From positions 9,509 to 73,508 of the IMG/VR virus record IMGVR_UViG_3300043427_002369: 64,000 nt of DNA. One strand, 5' to 3'. Shown here in pieces: positions 58,440 through 64,000 of the stretch; the first letter of the stretch is position 1; every line of letters begins with the position of its first letter. The stretch comes from a virus. The notes beneath the pieces are model-generated. The model saw only the letters and a program-made list of their open reading frames with translations, did no database searches and had not been told where the DNA came from. A program made the position numbers and the translations under genes.

Positions 58440-60891
58440 TTTTTCATTAGATACTGAGAATGGAGAAAAAAATTATACTCTTGCTCAATGGTATGAGAAG
58501 CAAGGACATACTGCGCCGGCACATACTTATTATTTGAGAGCAGCAGAAAGAACTGATGATAAAATTCTTGCTTACAAAGCATTATTAAGGGCATCTTTCT
58601 GTTATAAATCTCAAGGTTCTAGAGATGGAACTGAAAAGATTTTACTAGAAAATGCTCTGAATTTTATTCCAGAAAGACCTGAAGCATATTATTTTCTTTC
58701 ATTGCTGTATGAAAGAAAGGCAGAATGGCAGAACTGCTACATTTATTCAAACTTAGGATTGCAGTGCTATTCTCCGGATATTGAAGATATTAATCTTCCA
58801 GAATATCCTGGAATGTATTCACTCATTTTCCAAAAAGCAGTTGCTGGATGGTGGTGGGGTAAAGGACCAGAGTCTAGAAAATTATTGTGGAAACTGGTCG
58901 ATGAATATTGGAATGTTATGGACGAAAGATTTAAATATAGTGTTGAAAATAACATTTCAAGAATAGGTTCTGGTCCAAAGTCCCAAGATGCTGTTTTTTA
59001 TTCAAAGGCAAATTATAATAACCTAAGACATAAATTTAACGGATCTGAAAGTATTTCAGTAAATCACGCTCAAGCATTTCAAGACATTTTTGTCTTAACT
59101 ATGCTAAACGGAAAGAGAAATGGAACATTTCTTGAAATAGGAGCATCTAAACCATTTGAAAGAAATAACACTGCTCTTCTAGAGAATACTTTTGGTTGGT
59201 CTGGTGTTGCAGTTGAACTTGATAAAGAATTTGCTACCTCATATGAATTGTTAAGACCTAATATAAAGGTCTTATGCCAAAATGCACTGCAGATTGATTA
59301 TTCTGAATTATTAGAAGAAAATTATACTAAAAATGTAATCGATTATCTTCAATTAGATATTGAGCCTGCAAGGAATACTTATGAATGTATGCTCAAAATT
59401 CCGTTTGATAAGTATAAATTTGCGGTCATTACTTATGAGCACGATGATTACATTGACATAACTCGCTCGTGTAAAAAGAAATCCAGAGAATTTTTAGAAG
59501 AAAGAGGATATGTTTTAGTCGTAAATGACGTATCAGTTGATGGCATTTCAACGTTTGAAGATTGGTGGGTGCATCCAGATTTAGTTGATCAGAATACCAT
59601 TAACATTATGAGATCTGATTTCAATAAGATTACAAATATCGGAGAATATTTTTACTCTAAGAGATACTACGGTGAGTTTGATACTGACAAGTATATTAGA
59701 GAACATTATTTTCCAGATATGAATTATACTGGAGTTTTTGTTGACGTTGGGGCAGGTCCACCGACATTTATAAGTAACTCAAAGCACTTCAGGGATAGTG
59801 GATGGAGAACTATATGCGTAGAACCAAATCCAAAATTTGCAAAACAGCATAAAGATGCTGGTAGTGAAGTATATGAATATGCTTGCTCAAATAAAGAAGG
59901 TAAGAGTAGTTTTATTATTAACTACAATAATGATAATTGGTATTCAAAAGAAAATGATGGGGTTAGTTTTTCTTCTTTAGGTATTAGGTATAAAGGAGTT
60001 CCCGCTCACAATACACAAGAAACTATTGAAGTTGAGACTATAAAGTTGAATACTTTACTGGAAAAAATTGATATAAATCGAGTAGATGTTCTTTCTATTG
60101 ATACTGAGGGGTGGGAACTGGATGTATTAGATGGATTTGATCATATTAAGTATAATCCAAAAGTTGTTGTCCTAGAAAATTTTGAAAAAGTTTCAAAATA
60201 TGAACAGTATATGAATAGTATCGGATATAAAAAAGATTTTTCTTTGGGACATAATGAAATATATTCGAAGGAAAAATCTACCTCTACAATATCTGCAATA
60301 TATACACCAACTTTCACAAAGGCTAAAGGAACTTCTTGGATCGTAGATAACTTTTACGAAAATCCAGACGAAGTCCGAAAATTTGCTCTGAATATAGATT
60401 ATTTTGAAGGAGGTATTGGTAGAGGATTTATCGGCAGACGATCAAAAGAACAATATCTATTTTCAGGTCTTAAAGAAAGATTTGAGGAGATAATGGGTAA
60501 GAAAATTACCGGATGGGAAGAATATGAGATGAATGGTAGATTTCAGGTTGCTTGGGCAGGAGAACCTTTAGTATGGCATTGTGATAGTCAGCAATGGGGT
60601 GGAATGCTCTATCTAACTCCAGAAGCACCATACCAATGTGGAACAACTTTGTATGCACATAAGAAGACTAGAGCAAGAACTTATTATGATCAAGGATGGG
60701 ATGCTGCGTGGACAAATGTTCCCGGAGATTGCCACCTCGACGGAACACCATTTGAACCTGTTGATGTTCTTGGGAATGTTTATAATCGTCTTGTAATTTT
60801 TGATGCAAGTTGTATTCATTCTGCTTCAGAATACTTTGGAACAGTAATGGAAAATGCAAGAATGTGGCAAATGTTCTTCTTTGATACTTGA
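58423..60891 (+). CDS. Fusion protein: TPR + two FkbM-like methyltransferases + 2OG-Fe(II) oxygenase-like domain
   Basis: GGAGGA RBS at 58409; P.RPEAYYFLS (TPR); FLEIGA...IDYLQLDIE; FVDVGAG...VEPNP...VDVLSIDTEG.E; IVDNFY.NPD...HCD...YNRLVIFD...HSA. Confidence 0.8.
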   Translation: MKEVIDFSLDTENGEKNYTLAQWYEKQGHTAPAHTYYLRAAERTDDKILAYKALLRASFCYKSQGSRDGTEKILLENALNFIPERPEAYYFLSLLYERKAEWQNCYIYSNLGLQCYSPDIEDINLPEYPGMYSLIFQKAVAGWWWGKGPESRKLLWKLVDEYWNVMDERFKYSVENNISRIGSGPKSQDAVFYSKANYNNLRHKFNGSESISVNHAQAFQDIFVLTMLNGKRNGTFLEIGASKPFERNNTALLENTFGWSGVAVELDKEFATSYELLRPNIKVLCQNALQIDYSELLEENYTKNVIDYLQLDIEPARNTYECMLKIPFDKYKFAVITYEHDDYIDITRSCKKKSREFLEERGYVLVVNDVSVDGISTFEDWWVHPDLVDQNTINIMRSDFNKITNIGEYFYSKRYYGEFDTDKYIREHYFPDMNYTGVFVDVGAGPPTFISNSKHFRDSGWRTICVEPNPKFAKQHKDAGSEVYEYACSNKEGKSSFIINYNNDNWYSKENDGVSFSSLGIRYKGVPAHNTQETIEVETIKLNTLLEKIDINRVDVLSIDTEGWELDVLDGFDHIKYNPKVVVLENFEKVSKYEQYMNSIGYKKDFSLGHNEIYSKEKSTSTISAIYTPTFTKAKGTSWIVDNFYENPDEVRKFALNIDYFEGGIGRGFIGRRSKEQYLFSGLKERFEEIMGKKITGWEEYEMNGRFQVAWAGEPLVWHCDSQQWGGMLYLTPEAPYQCGTTLYAHKKTRARTYYDQGWDAAWTNVPGDCHLDGTPFEPVDVLGNVYNRLVIFDASCIHSASEYFGTVMENARMWQMFFFDT

Positions 60892-60902
60892 GGTCGTTAA
60901 AT

Positions 60903-60910
60903 AATAAATA
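60903..60910 (+). promoter_or_regulatory. Late promoter (AATAAATA)
   Basis: NATAAATA, intergenic. Confidence 0.65.
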
Positions 60911-60934
60911 ACTTTAACCACCACTGACTATTCT

Positions 60935-62221
60935 ATGGCAAAGATTAAATCACATAAATCAGTTGAACAAATTGCCAAAAAGCATAAGGTTAGTGTATCT
61001 GATATTGAAAAGCAACTCAAGATTGGTGTTCCTATTGAGCACGAACATACAAAAGATAAAGATCTAGCAAAAGATATTGCCCTTCAGCATTTAGGTGAAT
61101 TTCCCGACTATTATACCAGACTTTCTAAAATGGAAAAATCAGCAAAGAAACTCAAAGAAGCACACGAAGAGTCAAGGTTCTGCCCTCTCTGCGATAAGAG
61201 GGAAAAGAGATCTGAGTGTGGTTATGGTGAGCAGGCGTGGGACAAGGTCTCAGTGAAAGACGAAGAATATTCAATGGCACGTTCTGAACTGAAGACCATT
61301 GATGATGCTGTTCAGAAGTTGATGATGAAAGTTGGAAAAGGTGAGGGTAATCTAGAAGCGTGGGTTCAATCCAAGATCACTAAGGCAGCAGATTATATTG
61401 ATACTGCTGCAGATTATGTTGCAGGTGGAGAAATGGAAGAGTCCAAGTCTCCTCTTGTATCTAAGATTATTGGTGAAGAGAAGAAGAAAATGAAAGGTAA
61501 GGATCCTTGCTGGAAAGGATATGAAATGGTTGGAACAAAGAAAAAAGGTGGAAAGGAAGTTCCCAATTGTGTTCCTAAAGAGTCAGTAACTATTCAAGAT
61601 GCTGATGGAAATGATTATGTTGAGTTTATTGATATAGTTAAACCAGAACCTATCAAATCAATTGCAGAAGCAACTACTCGTCTTCAGGCACAGACTGGTA
61701 ATTTGATTGCCGTTATTCTTTCTTGGAAGGGAAAGACTTATTCATTAACAATGTTCTTCCCACAAGTGAAGATGCCTTCAAGAAAGGATGTGGAAGATGA
61801 AATTCAAAAAGTATATCCAGGTTCAAGAGTTCTCCAATTTAACGTCACAAGTGTAAGAGGAGACCAACCAATTCTTCAAGTTCAGAATAGTAGATCAAAA
61901 AATTATCTTCTGAATAATAAAACTATTGGAGAAGAGGTTGAAATATCAGAAGCAAAAAAGTCTGAGATGCCTTGTAATAAACCCAAGGCAGAAGCACACG
62001 GTTCAGGAGAAACTGGCAAGTCTCACGTCGTAAAAGCGTGTGAAGGTGGAAAAGAAAAACTTATTCGTTTTGGGCAACTGGGTGTCAAAGGTTCTCCTAA
62101 GAAAAAAGGAGAGTCCGAAGCATATGCAAGTCGTCGTCATAGGTTCCAAACCAGACACGCTAAGAATATTGCAAAAGGAAAAATGTCTGCTGCCTTCTGG
62201 GCCAATAAAGTAAAATGGTGA
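60935..62221 (+). CDS. Lys/Glu-rich multi-module protein, probable internal head protein
   Basis: Short modules (IEHEHT...HL.EFPDYYTRL; EAWVQSKIT.A.DY; PCWKGY...VPNCVP; IRFG...F..RH...SAAFWA...W) separated by [ILM]-X-E sites. Confidence 0.7.
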   Translation: MAKIKSHKSVEQIAKKHKVSVSDIEKQLKIGVPIEHEHTKDKDLAKDIALQHLGEFPDYYTRLSKMEKSAKKLKEAHEESRFCPLCDKREKRSECGYGEQAWDKVSVKDEEYSMARSELKTIDDAVQKLMMKVGKGEGNLEAWVQSKITKAADYIDTAADYVAGGEMEESKSPLVSKIIGEEKKKMKGKDPCWKGYEMVGTKKKGGKEVPNCVPKESVTIQDADGNDYVEFIDIVKPEPIKSIAEATTRLQAQTGNLIAVILSWKGKTYSLTMFFPQVKMPSRKDVEDEIQKVYPGSRVLQFNVTSVRGDQPILQVQNSRSKNYLLNNKTIGEEVEISEAKKSEMPCNKPKAEAHGSGETGKSHVVKACEGGKEKLIRFGQLGVKGSPKKKGESEAYASRRHRFQTRHAKNIAKGKMSAAFWANKVKW

Positions 62222-62229
62222 GATAATTT

Positions 62230-63879
62230 ATGCCAGCTGATCATTATCTTGGTAATCCGCTTCTTAAAAAAGCGAATACCGTTGTTGAATTTACTGAAGA
62301 TCAAGTTTTAGAATTTGCACAGTGTCAGGAAGATCCCTTATACTTTACTAAAAAATATATTCAGATTGTTACTCTTGACCACGGATTACAACCAATTAAA
62401 ATGTATCCGTTTCAGGAGAGAATGGTTAAACGATTTCATAACAATCGTTTTAATATATGTAAGCTTCCTCGCCAGTCAGGTAAGTCTACGATTGTTGTAT
62501 CTTATCTTCTACATTATGCGATCTTTAATGACAACGTAAATATAGCAATCCTTGCAAACAAGGCATCAACCGCAAAGGATCTGTTAGATCGACTTCAAAC
62601 TGCATACGAGAACCTTCCTAAGTGGTTGCAGCAAGGCGTTCTGATATGGAATAAAGGGTCATTGGAACTAGAGAATGGTTCTAAGATTATTGCGGCATCT
62701 ACGAGCGCCTCAGCGGTTCGTGGTGGTTCTTATAATATCATCTTCTTGGACGAATTTGCGTTCATTCCAAATCATATTGCAGACCAATTCTTTAGTTCTG
62801 TATATCCAACGATTTCTTCTGGTAAATCAACCAAAGTTATTATTGTTTCAACTCCTCACGGAATGAACCATTTTTATAAACTTTGGCACGATGCTGAAAG
62901 GGGGAAGAATGAATATATTCCAACGGATGTTCATTGGAGTGAGGTTCCAGGAAGAGATCAAAAATGGAAAGAACAGACGATTGCCAACACTTCAGAACAG
63001 CAATTCCGAGTTGAGTTTGAATGTGAATTCTTAGGTTCTGTCGATACTTTAATTGCTCCGAGTAAGTTGCGTTCTTTGGCATATGATAGTCCAAAGAGAA
63101 AGAATGCTGGATTAGATGTTTATCAAGATGTTCAAGAAGAGCACGATTATGTGATGACGGTGGACGTTGCTAGAGGAGTTGGAATTGACTATTCAGCATT
63201 TGTAGTGGTTGATATTACAACCTATCCACACCAAGTAGTTGCAAAATACAGGAACAATGAAATTAAACCGATGTTGTTTCCTAGTATCATACACGAAGTC
63301 GCAAAGAATTACAATAATGCCTTTGTGTTGTGTGAAGTCAACGATATTGGAGATCAAGTAGCTTCAATTCTAAATTATGATCTAGAGTATCAAAATGTAT
63401 TGATGTGCTCTATGAGAGGTAGAGCAGGTCAAGTTGTCGGACAAGGATTTTCAGGAAAGAAAACTCAACTTGGTGTAAAGATGTCCAAGGGAGTCAAAAA
63501 GGTCGGATGTATGAACCTCAAGACTCTTATTGAGGGGGATAAGTTAATATTCAACGACTATGAAATCATAAGTGAATTGACAACCTTCATTCAAAAGTCT
63601 AATTCTTTTGAAGCAGAAGAGGGGTGTAATGATGACTTGGCAATGTGTTTGGTCATTTATTCCTGGTTAGTTTGTCAGGATTATTTTAAAGAACTGACCG
63701 ATCAAGACATTAGAAAAAGATTATATGATGATCAAAAAAATCAAATAGAACAGGATATGTCACCTTTTGGTTTTATTGTGGATGGTATTAATGATGAGTC
63801 TTCTTTTGTTGATAGCAATGGTGATAGGTGGCACACGGATGAATACGGGGATATGTCATATATGTGGGATTATCAATAA
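62230..63879 (+). CDS. gp17: Terminase large subunit gp17
   Basis: YLGNPLLK, Walker A RQSGKST, Walker B IIFLDEFAF, STP.G.NHFY, nuclease VDVARG and NDDLAM. Confidence 0.97.
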   Translation: MPADHYLGNPLLKKANTVVEFTEDQVLEFAQCQEDPLYFTKKYIQIVTLDHGLQPIKMYPFQERMVKRFHNNRFNICKLPRQSGKSTIVVSYLLHYAIFNDNVNIAILANKASTAKDLLDRLQTAYENLPKWLQQGVLIWNKGSLELENGSKIIAASTSASAVRGGSYNIIFLDEFAFIPNHIADQFFSSVYPTISSGKSTKVIIVSTPHGMNHFYKLWHDAERGKNEYIPTDVHWSEVPGRDQKWKEQTIANTSEQQFRVEFECEFLGSVDTLIAPSKLRSLAYDSPKRKNAGLDVYQDVQEEHDYVMTVDVARGVGIDYSAFVVVDITTYPHQVVAKYRNNEIKPMLFPSIIHEVAKNYNNAFVLCEVNDIGDQVASILNYDLEYQNVLMCSMRGRAGQVVGQGFSGKKTQLGVKMSKGVKKVGCMNLKTLIEGDKLIFNDYEIISELTTFIQKSNSFEAEEGCNDDLAMCLVIYSWLVCQDYFKELTDQDIRKRLYDDQKNQIEQDMSPFGFIVDGINDESSFVDSNGDRWHTDEYGDMSYMWDYQ

Positions 63880-64000
63880 TGGATATAGATGATGATATTG
63901 ATGTTCAGATACGCTTAGGTCATTTACTTCTCAATGATAGAAAGTGTAGATCTTGTGGAAAAACAAAAAATTTAATAGATGGTTATTATAGAACAAGAAA
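63879..64000 (+). CDS. 5' part of a Zn-ribbon (CxxC) protein (partial)
   Basis: TAATG-coupled to gp17; MDIDDDIDVQIRLGHLLLNDRKCRSCGKTKNLIDGYYRTR. Confidence 0.7.
   Translation, partial: MDIDDDIDVQIRLGHLLLNDRKCRSCGKTKNLIDGYYRTR

Noticed and set aside
62230-63879. Intron or intein in gp17
   Set aside because: ORF is continuous, 549 aa, with normally spaced motifs

Overview
AT-rich late (virion) region of a large T4-like cyanomyovirus (Kyanoviridae-like; a freshwater origin is a guess). Almost everything is on the + strand: baseplate gp25-gp6-gp7 (4521 aa)-gp8, a 2779-aa VrlC/DUF4815-type structural protein, neck gp13-gp14, gp15 and small terminase gp16. A ~32-kb accessory island then separates gp16 from large terminase gp17. 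The island encodes two Thr/Gln-rich, nearly Pro-free collagen-like fibres, a 12-repeat double beta-propeller putative adhesin with hypervariable loops, Gly-rich/LamG proteins, and a set of modification enzymes: a GT-A glycosyltransferase, two 2OG-Fe(II) oxygenases, a GH130-like propeller and a TPR-FkbM-FkbM-2OG fusion. Many T4-type late promoters (NATAAATA) sit directly upstream of genes. Most notable: (1) a candidate virion glycosylation/modification system, with a G-[IVL]-[GAS]-[ST] motif scattered over most virion proteins; (2) a phycobiliprotein-like segment (KCKRDIGY) nested in a structural protein; (3) an NblA-like 55-aa ORF missing from the ORF track. All family assignments are by eye from motifs and synteny; no database searches were run.
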